Below, piece by piece: positions 30,387-39,723 of a DNA stretch of 64,000 nucleotides (position 1 is its first letter; each line of letters opens with the position of its first letter). The DNA comes from an uncultured virus (IMG/VR IMGVR_UViG_3300030330_006853) (taxonomy: Duplodnaviria; Heunggongvirae; Uroviricota; Caudoviricetes), in the IMG/VR virus record IMGVR_UViG_3300030330_006853; one strand, given 5' to 3'. The notes below the pieces were generated by a model. The model was not told the origin of the DNA, searched no databases, and saw only the letters and a program-made list of their open reading frames with translations. A program made the translations under genes and the position numbers.

Positions 30387-31035
30387 TAAAAACCTTTCGT
30401 CTGAGCATTATAGATTCTACAATCTTAAAATCGATTGTATCGTCAACTTCAAAAGAAGCCCACTTTGGTATTTCATAGCAAGATATGTTACCAGAAAGAC
30501 GGCACCTTGTTTCGAGCAGCGCGCTTCTTGATGTAATAAAAAACATTCCTGTCTCACGCATCAGCTCACCCTTTTCTTGTCTCATCTTTCTTTTTTCAAG
30601 ATCGTAGTGTGGGGTAGAGTTAGACCACCAAAAACCGTGGTCTAGAGTGCATGCAACAACAGAATCTACATCTTTACTTTTTTGTAAATTTATTGCCTCA
30701 GATAAAAATGCGCTCTCCACTAAGGGTGATGTTGCCTGTAAAAACACCAAGATATCAAAGTCAACATGATTCGAGAAATGAATGAGAGCATCTTCCGAAC
30801 TACAGGTGTCTGTGGATATATCTTTCGGCCTCTTTAAAGTGTTAGCATTCAAAGATTTAGAGCAGCTTAGTATTTCTTCATCATCACTACTCACCCAAAC
30901 TTCATCGATAAGATCACACTTCTGAGCTGCAATTATAGAATATCCTATCAGAGGCATTCCACACAAACTCTTAAGATTTTTCCTAGGAATACCTTTGCTT
31001 CCGCCTCTTGCAGGTATTAGTGCGACAACTTTCAT
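30376..31035 (-). CDS. neuA: CMP-ulosonic acid synthetase (acylneuraminate cytidylyltransferase)
   Basis: IPARGGSKGIPRKN; LQATSPL; EVDDTIDF. Confidence 0.92.
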   Translation of the reverse strand: MKVVALIPARGGSKGIPRKNLKSLCGMPLIGYSIIAAQKCDLIDEVWVSSDDEEILSCSKSLNANTLKRPKDISTDTCSSEDALIHFSNHVDFDILVFLQATSPLVESAFLSEAINLQKSKDVDSVVACTLDHGFWWSNSTPHYDLEKRKMRQEKGELMRETGMFFITSRSALLETRCRLSGNISCYEIPKWASFEVDDTIDFKIVESIMLRRKVFSDE

Positions 31036-31691
31036 TTTACTGCAACGTGATTAAGCTTCGGATCAAAGCTTGAGTTAGTAACAAAAGTAAAATTTACTTC
31101 AGGATTATTTAATAAAAATTCAGCAACAAAGCTCTTCATCTTAGAACCCTTTTTCTTTTGGTTTTCTCCAGGCTCTTTCTTTTGTGTAAAGCTATTTTCG
31201 CTGAAATAGCTGTCTTCAAAAAAGTCCAGACCAATTACAGTAACGTCGGTCGCTTTTTGATTTACCACAGAGTCTACTAGAGCCAGCACTCCAGTTGATG
31301 GAAAAGATGCTCTATCTGGGCGTATTTTCAGACCGTGATCATACATGTTTTCGTTTAGAGGGACAACTTTCGCATCTTTTTTTACTCTTGCTATCATTCC
31401 CGGGATGGTTGAGTTTTTAAATTCACCCTCTAGGACGTTTAGAATATATTTTTCTACACTCACGATATTATCTAAGCCCATAAACCAAGAAAGCCGCGGC
31501 TCTCTATTAAGATAATGAACAGCTTTTTTGCTTTGTAGAATTTCTTTAAATTCTTTTTGCATGAAGACTTGTCTTCCCCACTCATTTACAAGGCACACCA
31601 GGTCAAAATTACTGTCTTTGATCTCGCTAATTCTGGAAAGAGAATTTCCTCTACAGAGAACCAGAACTTTTAATTCTTCCGAGCTAGACAT
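31032..31691 (-). CDS. Putative sialyltransferase-like (GT29/GT42/Maf-fold) protein
   Basis: VLVLCRGNSL...FPSTGVLAL...VTVIGLDFF resembles sialyltransferase motifs; adjacent to neuA/neuB. ATG 31691 is preferred over TTG 31760. Confidence 0.55.
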   Translation of the reverse strand: MSSSEELKVLVLCRGNSLSRISEIKDSNFDLVCLVNEWGRQVFMQKEFKEILQSKKAVHYLNREPRLSWFMGLDNIVSVEKYILNVLEGEFKNSTIPGMIARVKKDAKVVPLNENMYDHGLKIRPDRASFPSTGVLALVDSVVNQKATDVTVIGLDFFEDSYFSENSFTQKKEPGENQKKKGSKMKSFVAEFLLNNPEVNFTFVTNSSFDPKLNHVAVK

Positions 31692-32472
31692 TGATGTTAA
31701 TCTCAACTTCACCCAAACCAAAACTAATCTTGTGCTTACTTTCTTGAGCGTATCTAACAAAACTTTGGTCTTTTAGTTCTTCATCTGCAAATCGAGATTG
31801 CTCTCTTGGGTAATCCCAAGCCATAAGCTTTATTCCTTTTTGTAAGATCTTTTTGGCGTTTTCAAATCCCATATTGTTCAAGCTTCTAGAGACCATATAC
31901 GGCGGAGAAATATACCAGACAGCTTTAGGTTTTGATATTCTTACAAGCTCTTCTATTACAGTGTCATAGTCAGTTTGCCGTAGCTTTGTCAGGGCAGACT
32001 TACTAACTATGTTTTCAAATGAGTTGTCTTCGAATTCCATTTTAACGCCGTCCCAAAAGCTGACGTCTGCCCCATTTTCTTTATGAAAGAGAGGAAAGCA
32101 ATCTAAGACTTCTTGAGTATTGATATCAAGACCTTTGACTTCTTTGAAACCTAGAGATTTGCCGACAACGCAACTCCATGCTGCACCTGCTCCGAAATCC
32201 AGAATAGACTCATTTTTTCTATTATGAAAAACATTCTCAAAAAACTTGTGCCAAACCAAGAGCTCGTGATGATAGTCCTTGTATATAAGCCATCTTTTAG
32301 CGTCTTTTGATGTCATTCCCGGAGTATTATCATCCCATCTATCGAGATGAATATTATCAATAGCTTTCTGCTGATTTTTAGTTAGATACAAGTCGGCAAC
32401 TGTATTCTCCTTGTTTTTTCTTCTTGGCGGTTTTTTAATTTCATTAAAGTTAAGTTTATTAAATTTAGACAT
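31684..32472 (-). CDS. Class I SAM-dependent methyltransferase
   Basis: ILDFGAGA motif I; GLDI; FEDNSFENIV. Confidence 0.85.
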   Translation of the reverse strand: MSKFNKLNFNEIKKPPRRKNKENTVADLYLTKNQQKAIDNIHLDRWDDNTPGMTSKDAKRWLIYKDYHHELLVWHKFFENVFHNRKNESILDFGAGAAWSCVVGKSLGFKEVKGLDINTQEVLDCFPLFHKENGADVSFWDGVKMEFEDNSFENIVSKSALTKLRQTDYDTVIEELVRISKPKAVWYISPPYMVSRSLNNMGFENAKKILQKGIKLMAWDYPREQSRFADEELKDQSFVRYAQESKHKISFGLGEVEININV

Positions 32473-33187
32473 TTTTTGTTCCTAACATACTTTTTAAAAC
32501 TTCTGCTTGCCAAGGAGCGTCTATCTCCATTGTTGCTTCTTCTACCCATGGTAGAATCTTTTTTCCCAACCAGGGAAATGGCAAATTACCATCTTTAGAC
32601 AATACTGCGCTTCTTCTACAGATAAAAAAAGATCCATTTGCAAAGTAAATGTTCCCAGCGGACTTTTTGTCATTTACATTTCCAGTGGTTTTCATTTCGC
32701 TTATCTTGTCTTGTCTTAGCCAAGTTTCTATTAGGCCGTCAGATATCTTGAGCGCTCGAAAAGGATTGAACATGTTGAACTCAGATACGCTAACTATAGA
32801 ATCGGCATCTGGATTATCCTGGAGCATTTTAATTGCATCATCTAAGGCTTTTGAAGATGAACCCAGAGAATTACCTAAAAGAACCACTATGATTTCAACC
32901 TGCACCCCTAAAGACTTCTCTATCCAGTCAATTCCGTGTATCATTACATCTTGATGAGAAGAGTCATCTTGAGCTAAATGCTGGGGTCTTTCAAAAGCAT
33001 GGTATTGAGCTGAATCTGAATTGATAATTTCCTGTATGTCAGTGCTGACGTAAACATGATCTATTTTACTGGATCCTAATGCTTTGTCCAGCGCATGTCG
33101 ATACATGGGTTTCTCACCCATTAACATTACATTCTTGTTTATGACTGATTTGCTTCCGGCTCGAGCGGTTTGTAATGCAACTATCAT
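32465..33187 (-). CDS. Second NeuA/KdsB-family cytidylyltransferase
   Basis: TARAGSKSVINKN; VSTD; RPQHLAQD; EIDAPWQ. Confidence 0.88.
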   Translation of the reverse strand: MIVALQTARAGSKSVINKNVMLMGEKPMYRHALDKALGSSKIDHVYVSTDIQEIINSDSAQYHAFERPQHLAQDDSSHQDVMIHGIDWIEKSLGVQVEIIVVLLGNSLGSSSKALDDAIKMLQDNPDADSIVSVSEFNMFNPFRALKISDGLIETWLRQDKISEMKTTGNVNDKKSAGNIYFANGSFFICRRSAVLSKDGNLPFPWLGKKILPWVEEATMEIDAPWQAEVLKSMLGTKNV

Positions 33188-33198
33188 AAATTATCTTA

Positions 33199-34299
33199 TC
33201 ACAATATTTTCTCAATTACATTTTTAATTTGAAAAACTAGATGATGAACATTCACGTATTCAAGCCTAGAATGACCTTTTTCTGGGTCAACAAACACCAT
33301 CATTATATCTTCGCCCACTGATTTTTTGTCTCTCATTAAGACATCCTTCATCACGTTGTAGTCAATATTACGCAAAGGATTCTTGTTAGAGATAAGAGAC
33401 AAAGTTTCTTCTTCCAGATCTTTTGAAAGAGTATTATTGAGAGAATTAGAAACATACATTCCCAGAGCAACTGCTTGACCGTGCGGAATGCTATATTGAG
33501 TCAAGGTCTCAATCGCGTGACCTACAGTATGGCCGTAATTAAGCGCTCTTCTAATATCATTCTCTAGCTCATCGTGCTCAATAATTGCCTTCTTTACACA
33601 TAGACTCATAGAGATTAACTCTTGCCATCTAGAAAAATTTTGAACAGATCCCTTTGTAACCCTCTTCGAATAAAATTTAAAAAGATCGTTTCCTGCCATT
33701 GAATAAACCTTAAGAATCTCTCCTAGGCCTGACTTTATCTCGTCATCTTTTAGTGTCTTTAGAAAAATAGGATTTATAAGAATCTTTTTAGGCGGAGCAA
33801 AAAGACCAATTTGATTTTTTACACCATCATAATTTAGTCCTGATTTTGATCCTATACAGCTATCACACTGGGCTAAAAGTGTAGTAGGTATAAATGTCCA
33901 ATCGATGCCTCTCTTAAAGCACGCTCCTACGAATGAACCTATATCTTGAGTTATTCCTCCGCCTATGACAATTATATTGTTTTTCTTGTGAAAGTTTTTC
34001 TCATTAAGAAAAGTTATAAGCTCCAGCGCAGTATCAATAGTTTTATTTTCTTCGATCGGATCAATTAGGAAAATATCATCGCTAGGTATTTTTGAAGTAA
34101 TTTCCTTTCGATAAATCTGAGCTACATTCTTATCGATGACAACTACATTATTTTTCTTAAATTCATTTTCAAAAGTTTTAGCTACGGGAAGATTCTCAAA
34201 TATTACTCGATAATCTTTGGAGTAAGAAGATATTGATAAGCTTTCTGAGAAGCTTTTATTAAGGAACAACTCAGTATTGCTGATACTAAAATACGACAT
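33199..34299 (-). CDS. 3-dehydroquinate-synthase-like sugar-phosphate cyclase
   Basis: IGGGITQDIG; PTTLLAQCDSCIGSK; GLGEILK; LNYGHTVGHAIE; HGQAV. Confidence 0.9.
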   Translation of the reverse strand: MSYFSISNTELFLNKSFSESLSISSYSKDYRVIFENLPVAKTFENEFKKNNVVVIDKNVAQIYRKEITSKIPSDDIFLIDPIEENKTIDTALELITFLNEKNFHKKNNIIVIGGGITQDIGSFVGACFKRGIDWTFIPTTLLAQCDSCIGSKSGLNYDGVKNQIGLFAPPKKILINPIFLKTLKDDEIKSGLGEILKVYSMAGNDLFKFYSKRVTKGSVQNFSRWQELISMSLCVKKAIIEHDELENDIRRALNYGHTVGHAIETLTQYSIPHGQAVALGMYVSNSLNNTLSKDLEEETLSLISNKNPLRNIDYNVMKDVLMRDKKSVGEDIMMVFVDPEKGHSRLEYVNVHHLVFQIKNVIEKIL

Positions 34300-34935
34300 T
34301 TATCTCACCTCAAAAATATCATTTTTTCTAATTAGAATGCTGCTTCCGACCAGATACTTTTCATCAATTATTTCTTCACAAATATGTGCTATGTCTTTGG
34401 GAGAAAGCATGTCAGGATCATGGATATGCTTCTTTGCATGACTAGATGAATTCTTTTTTAGTTTTTTCCTAAACTTTGTATCGACGCTTCCTGGGCAAAT
34501 GACGTAAGCTTTGATACCCTCTTTAGCCATGCACTTGGTCATTGCGACAACAGCTGCTTTTGAGCTGGCATAAGAGCTAAAGTTTTCAAAAAATTGATAC
34601 GCTGACATTGAGGAAATATTGATAATGATGGTATTTTTATTTCTTGATAAAGCCTCGTGTGATACTCGGTAAGTTCCTATCAAGTTTATATCTATTATTT
34701 TTTCCCATTCTTTTTTAGCTGTATCTACAAAAGAACCAACATGGATATCGCCTGCATTGTTTATAACCAAATCAAACTCTGGAGCTCGCTCGAAAAAACT
34801 ACGCAATGATTTTTCAGAGACAACGTCTAGTGCTTTTCTACTAGGTGAAAAAACTTTATATCCTAAATGAGAAAGCTTTTCTTGTATTGCTCTACCGATG
34901 TCGCCGGAGCCACCAGTAATAAGAGCCCTTTTCAT
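34300..34935 (-). CDS. SDR oxidoreductase
   Basis: TGGSGDIG; NNAG; YASSKAA; CPGSVDT. Confidence 0.92.
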   Translation of the reverse strand: MKRALITGGSGDIGRAIQEKLSHLGYKVFSPSRKALDVVSEKSLRSFFERAPEFDLVINNAGDIHVGSFVDTAKKEWEKIIDINLIGTYRVSHEALSRNKNTIIINISSMSAYQFFENFSSYASSKAAVVAMTKCMAKEGIKAYVICPGSVDTKFRKKLKKNSSSHAKKHIHDPDMLSPKDIAHICEEIIDEKYLVGSSILIRKNDIFEVR

Positions 34936-34936
34936 C

Positions 34937-35527
34937 CTAGCCTCTCAATGCTTTAGGAGCTTTTGACTTTCTTCTAATTTCTTTATCAATTGTAGGGCAT
35001 TCGTGACCTAAGTCATGAACTATCTGATAAAATAACATAAGCGTAACGAGCTCTGCTGTGTGAAAACTTTCGCAATCAATGCATAACTCGTCAATTCCCT
35101 CAGGTAAGCAAATCGACTTTTTCCCTGATATTAAAATAGAGTCCCATCCTTTATCTCGGGCACCATCAAGAGAAGAAACAATATTTTTGGAGTTTCCGGA
35201 TCCGGAAAGACCGATTACACATACTTTTACATTTTTCCTTTTGGTAAAAGTTGACTCTATTTTATCAAACCACCTAGTAAAAATATTGTTATACCCGTAG
35301 TCGTTTGCAACAGAAGAAAAATAACTCATGCTATCCATTGATATTACAAACTTATTAGTAAGACGTGTAACATCAGAAGCAGCGTGAGATGCTATTGAAT
35401 AATTACCTCCGTTTCCTGTGACAATAACAATGTCACTTCTCTTCATATAATTCAAAAGGTTTTTGTATTCTTGTGAACTTATTGAAGTGTCAAATTTTTC
35501 CTGTATGTTTTCAAATATATCGCTCAT
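34937..35527 (-). CDS. SIS-domain phosphosugar isomerase (GmhA-like)
   Basis: GNGGNYSIASH; ANDYGY..IF; LSGSGNSKNI. Confidence 0.88.
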   Translation of the reverse strand: MSDIFENIQEKFDTSISSQEYKNLLNYMKRSDIVIVTGNGGNYSIASHAASDVTRLTNKFVISMDSMSYFSSVANDYGYNNIFTRWFDKIESTFTKRKNVKVCVIGLSGSGNSKNIVSSLDGARDKGWDSILISGKKSICLPEGIDELCIDCESFHTAELVTLMLFYQIVHDLGHECPTIDKEIRRKSKAPKALRG

Positions 35528-35539
35528 ATCTTAGCAATC

Positions 35540-36343
35540 CTAGTTCATGTTTTTAATTTTTTGAGCAACGCTCTCAGCAATAGGGCAATCACCACCTATC
35601 CCTAACTTTTTATATGCAGGCTGATTGTAGACAACTTCCGGGTAATGACCTTGCTCAGGACCTCTTAGACCAAGCTCTGCCTTAATTCCTGTCATGTGTA
35701 TTTTCATTTGCTCTAAAGCCATCAAGCAAAGAGGCTCCGCTAGCCTAAAGTTAAAACCTATGTATTCGTGATTATACTTGCCAACTTGTCCCTGGTCACA
35801 GATTGATCTTATTTTTTTGGAATCAAGCCTTGATCCTTTTGGAATGCATATCATACCGCCTTCAAACGTTGATATGTTTTTTGTTTTATAGAATGAGAAA
35901 GTTCCGCAGTCTGAAACCATTCCAGCATATTTTCCACAATGACACTCAGCACCAAAAGCTTGAGCTGTGTCTTCGATTACAGCTAAATTGTGTTTGTTAG
36001 CAATTTCATTAATAGCGTCCATTTCGCAAACGCGACCGTATAGATGAACTGGAATAATAGCTCTTGTCTTGCCAGTTATCGCAGATTCAATCTTGGCTGG
36101 GTCTATAAGGTATGTAGATGGGTCGATGTCTACAAAAACAGGTGTTGCACCTGCTACAACAATAGCATTTGCAGTTGCTATAAAAGTAAAAGGTGTAGTT
36201 ATAACTTCATCACCCGGCTTGAGGTCTAGTGACCAAAGAGGTGCAATGAGAGCCGATGTTCCATTGTTTACGGCAATACAATCTTCTAAGTCAAATCTTT
36301 CTTTAACATATTCTTCAAATATATTTCTGACTATTGCTGGCAT
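35540..36343 (-). CDS. DegT/DnrJ/EryC1/StrS-family PLP aminotransferase, shortened (~267 aa)
   Basis: NNGTSAL; TTPFTFIATANA; IEDTAQAFGA; FSFYKTKNI; GFNFRL. Likely start ATG 36343 (GGAG upstream). Confidence 0.9.
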   Translation of the reverse strand: MPAIVRNIFEEYVKERFDLEDCIAVNNGTSALIAPLWSLDLKPGDEVITTPFTFIATANAIVVAGATPVFVDIDPSTYLIDPAKIESAITGKTRAIIPVHLYGRVCEMDAINEIANKHNLAVIEDTAQAFGAECHCGKYAGMVSDCGTFSFYKTKNISTFEGGMICIPKGSRLDSKKIRSICDQGQVGKYNHEYIGFNFRLAEPLCLMALEQMKIHMTGIKAELGLRGPEQGHYPEVVYNQPAYKKLGIGGDCPIAESVAQKIKNMN

Positions 36344-36344
36344 T

Positions 36345-37061
36345 CTACATTTCTCCAAATCTGTCAAGATATTTATCAAGATTTTTATGAAGGTCTTTCT
36401 CTAATTCTGGGGGAACAGACCTGTGATAATTCTTGCCACTATCTAGCGTTTTTAGACTAGGCAAAATATCAGTATCTTCTAATTTTTTTAAGCTTTTGAT
36501 CATTAGTTCTTGTTCTTTGCTTTGTAGTCGAAGATGAATGTCAACCAAAGTGTCATCGGAGTAAACTTTGATTTCCTCTTTAAGGATCATTTTTCCCATG
36601 TCTATCTTACTGTTGATAAGATGGGAAGTCACACCCTGCTTAATATTTTTAATAACTGCCCACTTAAGGTTGTCTAACCCCCTGTTTTCCGGCAGTAAAC
36701 CTGGGTGCATATTAATGATTCCCACGTTAAAAGAATCTATTATCTCTTTCTTTAATATTCTAGCGCCAAGAATGACTCCAACGTCAAGATTTAAATCCTT
36801 GATTAAGTCAGCACAGTCTACGCTGTTGTGAACCATGACCTTGTATTTTATTTCAAATAGATCGCAGATTTTTCTAGTATCGTTAATATACAAGCCCTTT
36901 GGCGCAACTCTTATTTTTGACTTATAAAATTTAAGATCTACGGGATCAGCACCAATTACAACATCAGGCTTAAAACCCGAAGCACATAAGTTAAGAATTC
37001 CTGTTTGGGTTTTTAAATGAGGCCAATTATATGCAAAGACCCCGATTCTTAGCTTTTTCAT
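36345..37061 (-). CDS. Sugar N-formyltransferase (formyl transferase family)
   Basis: IINMHPGLLPENRG; GVTSH....DMG. The start could be ATG 37061 or TTG 37100. Confidence 0.87.
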   Translation of the reverse strand: MKKLRIGVFAYNWPHLKTQTGILNLCASGFKPDVVIGADPVDLKFYKSKIRVAPKGLYINDTRKICDLFEIKYKVMVHNSVDCADLIKDLNLDVGVILGARILKKEIIDSFNVGIINMHPGLLPENRGLDNLKWAVIKNIKQGVTSHLINSKIDMGKMILKEEIKVYSDDTLVDIHLRLQSKEQELMIKSLKKLEDTDILPSLKTLDSGKNYHRSVPPELEKDLHKNLDKYLDRFGEM

Positions 37062-37108
37062 ACTTTCGACATTTCTTCCAGGTAGTTTCCACAGCAGCAA
37101 ATACCTTA

Positions 37109-37945
37109 CTAGATACTATACTCATAGTTTGAAAAAAATTCAACTGCTTGAAGGTATTTTTGATTTAAAAACTTGGTATCGCCTTTTGCAAACCATATTT
37201 TATCAGTCCTAAAATTGGTATCGCAGAAAGGATTTTGAGCTCTCGGTATTCCAAGCCCAGTATCTTTTTTTAGCTGCCAGCCGATTTCATTTTGAACTTC
37301 TATGTAAGACTGGACGAAAAGGTTCATATCTGAGTATTTTTGACTTAAATCTACTGGGTTTTCTACAAGATCTTTCCACCTACTAAGAACTTTCATCGTA
37401 TGCTCATTGTTTCTCATTGCATGTGTCCCCAAGAGAACAATTTTAGAAGTTGAAGTAGGAAAAACTTCGGGAAATGTAAGTCCTGTGTCGATCATGAATT
37501 CATTCAATTCTTCCATTGATCCTATCTTTTCCGGGTGGTCAGAAAATCTATTTGGCTTTTGCCTCTCAAGAAAAACAAAATCATTTTTTTCTAAAGTTTT
37601 TTCGATGTATTCAAGACTTGTCCAGATAATACCGTTTGCCGCAAAAGTGCATAATTTACCATTTGGGGACTTTTTAAGCTGTTCTATAAAATATCTGGGC
37701 CTACAGTTCCTGTAATACTCTACGTTGTTTCTTACTTTAATATCGCTGAAGTTTTGGCCGTTATCCCATATGAATTCTATCTTAGAATCATTTTTAAAAA
37801 TTTCAAGAACCTTTTCTTTTTGGTCAGGTGCAAAGTCCATAAGAAGGGCTACAATATGATTATCATTTTTGTGATATCTGATGCTTCTTATCAAAGCATT
37901 CATGAAATGAAAATAATTGGGATCACACCACGTGAATATTCTCAT
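37109..37945 (-). CDS. Hypothetical protein, possibly a GT-A-fold glycosyltransferase
   Basis: IFTWCDPNYF...LIRSIR N-terminus resembles GT8/GT77-like proteins; the DxD position reads FAAN (degenerate). Confidence 0.45.
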   Translation of the reverse strand: MRIFTWCDPNYFHFMNALIRSIRYHKNDNHIVALLMDFAPDQKEKVLEIFKNDSKIEFIWDNGQNFSDIKVRNNVEYYRNCRPRYFIEQLKKSPNGKLCTFAANGIIWTSLEYIEKTLEKNDFVFLERQKPNRFSDHPEKIGSMEELNEFMIDTGLTFPEVFPTSTSKIVLLGTHAMRNNEHTMKVLSRWKDLVENPVDLSQKYSDMNLFVQSYIEVQNEIGWQLKKDTGLGIPRAQNPFCDTNFRTDKIWFAKGDTKFLNQKYLQAVEFFSNYEYSI

Positions 37946-38810
37946 TATAACCTCCTACCACGCTTAAAGCATGAAGTGCCTCATCTATTGTGCACAAAGG
38001 CTTAACGTTATCTCTTATCATTGAACAAAAGTAACTAATTTCTGCAGCTAGAGGCTCACCTCTTCTAACAAACTCATTAAGATCTGTATCATTACCCTGT
38101 AAATCTACTATTGAAAGTGACTGCTTTATGTAGTCAAGCCTCACTATACCTTGGGATGAATGGCATGTGAGATCCCTTACCTTAATAGGAGAAAACCAAT
38201 TGGCAGTGCAAGATGCCAGGAAACCATCAAACTTTGTGCAGAGCTCTGAGTAGTCAACCCTTCCGTCAGAATGTGTAGACTGCTCCAGGAGAGTTCCCGA
38301 TATTGCTTTTTTATCAGTCAGGTAACAACAGACATCGTAATCGTGAACTAAAAGATCTTTTGAAATATTAGTCATCTCTCTACTGGTGACATTATTGTTT
38401 CTTCTAGTTCGCATGGAATAAATGCTCTTAATAAGCCCAGTGTGTATCATTTTCTTAAGAGCAATAACAGCAGGATTAAATCTTTCAATATGGCCTACCA
38501 TTATCTGGTCTTTGAACTCTTGAAGCTTCTTAACTTTTTCAGGATCTGTATCAATAGGCTTCTCAATTAAAAGCTTGATATTAGGATTTTCTTTCAAGAT
38601 ATCATATGAAATGTCCGCATGTGTGTGACTAGGTGAGCAAATCGACACTCCATCAAGAGAAGAACACTTAGTTAAAAACTCTTCGTATTTTAGAGAGTCC
38701 TTATGTGCAGGGTCGTAGATGAGGACATCTTGCTCTAAGTCTAAATTTTCTCTCATCACCCTAAGGTGATTTCTTCCCATGTTACCAACGCCGACAAGCC
38801 CTAGTTTCAC
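37923..38810 (-). CDS. Gfo/Idh/MocA oxidoreductase (WbpB/WlbA-like)
   Basis: GVGNMGRNH; LIEKPI; VGHIERFNPA; DLLVHDYD. Confidence 0.92.
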   Translation of the reverse strand: MKLGLVGVGNMGRNHLRVMRENLDLEQDVLIYDPAHKDSLKYEEFLTKCSSLDGVSICSPSHTHADISYDILKENPNIKLLIEKPIDTDPEKVKKLQEFKDQIMVGHIERFNPAVIALKKMIHTGLIKSIYSMRTRRNNNVTSREMTNISKDLLVHDYDVCCYLTDKKAISGTLLEQSTHSDGRVDYSELCTKFDGFLASCTANWFSPIKVRDLTCHSSQGIVRLDYIKQSLSIVDLQGNDTDLNEFVRRGEPLAAEISYFCSMIRDNVKPLCTIDEALHALSVVGGYNENIHVV

Positions 38811-38811
38811 T

Positions 38812-39723
38812 TCAAACTCCTCTTGAAAGCATAAAGCTTCTTACAATTTTCTTGCTATCACCTTCCATGTTTTCTCTGCATGCAAATTTCAATAGATCTT
38901 CATTGCTAATGTTGTTGTAAACACCTCTGACAAATCCGTCGGTAGGAATAGAAGCAATGGGTTCATATCCGTTTTCTTTAAAAAGTTGAGGCTGTGGGAC
39001 AGGGGTAGATACCACAAATGTGGGCCTGAAACCTAGTTTAAAATATTCTGTAAGAACTGCTTCAAAGTCATTTTCTTTACTGTAGAGGTGGGGATGAACC
39101 TCTACTAAAAAATGCGTGGTTCCATCATTCTTTGAAAAATAGTCCAAGCCGCTTTCAAAGATCTTCACCTCATGCCCCTCCACATCCATCTTTATAAAAT
39201 TTGGATACTTTCTATTTTCTAAGAAGTCTGGGACACTAAAACAGTCTACTGTTACTTTATCAGTGCTATGCTTTGTTTGGCTTACACTGTTTAAATTGGG
39301 CTTATCTGCCATCCAAAAATCTAATTTTCCAGTGTGGTCGGAGATTGCACACTGTGTAACCTCAACTCTTTCGTTGAAATTATTGCTATTAAAGTTTATA
39401 TTTGCTAGAGTTAGATTTCTCGGGTCTGGATCAACAGCATATACAAATCCGTCAGGCCCTACATTCCTAAGCATGAAGAGCGTCGTATATCCAATATTAC
39501 ACCCTAAGTCCCAGCAAACCATTCCGGGAGAAACAATAGAATGCAGAAGTGACATGAAGGCTCTTTCTCGAACGCCTACATGATACAGAACATGAGATAT
39601 TCCTCCGTCTGAAGGGTCTAGTGTCATGTCGAATCCCTCTATGTTCTTTTGAACAAAGTTAGGGTTCGGACCTTCGCCATTATTTCCGGAAAAGGCATCA
39701 CCGAAATTTACGTGATTAAACAT
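38812..39723 (-). CDS. FkbM-family methyltransferase
   Basis: WDLGCNIGYTT; AVDPDPRN; FIKMDVEGHE; VEVH. Confidence 0.92.
   Translation of the reverse strand: MFNHVNFGDAFSGNNGEGPNPNFVQKNIEGFDMTLDPSDGGISHVLYHVGVRERAFMSLLHSIVSPGMVCWDLGCNIGYTTLFMLRNVGPDGFVYAVDPDPRNLTLANINFNSNNFNERVEVTQCAISDHTGKLDFWMADKPNLNSVSQTKHSTDKVTVDCFSVPDFLENRKYPNFIKMDVEGHEVKIFESGLDYFSKNDGTTHFLVEVHPHLYSKENDFEAVLTEYFKLGFRPTFVVSTPVPQPQLFKENGYEPIASIPTDGFVRGVYNNISNEDLLKFACRENMEGDSKKIVRSFMLSRGV

Noticed and set aside
33199..34299. Housekeeping aroB for aromatic amino acid synthesis
   Set aside because: No other shikimate genes are in the window and the context is nucleotide-sugar metabolism, so the gene symbol is withheld.
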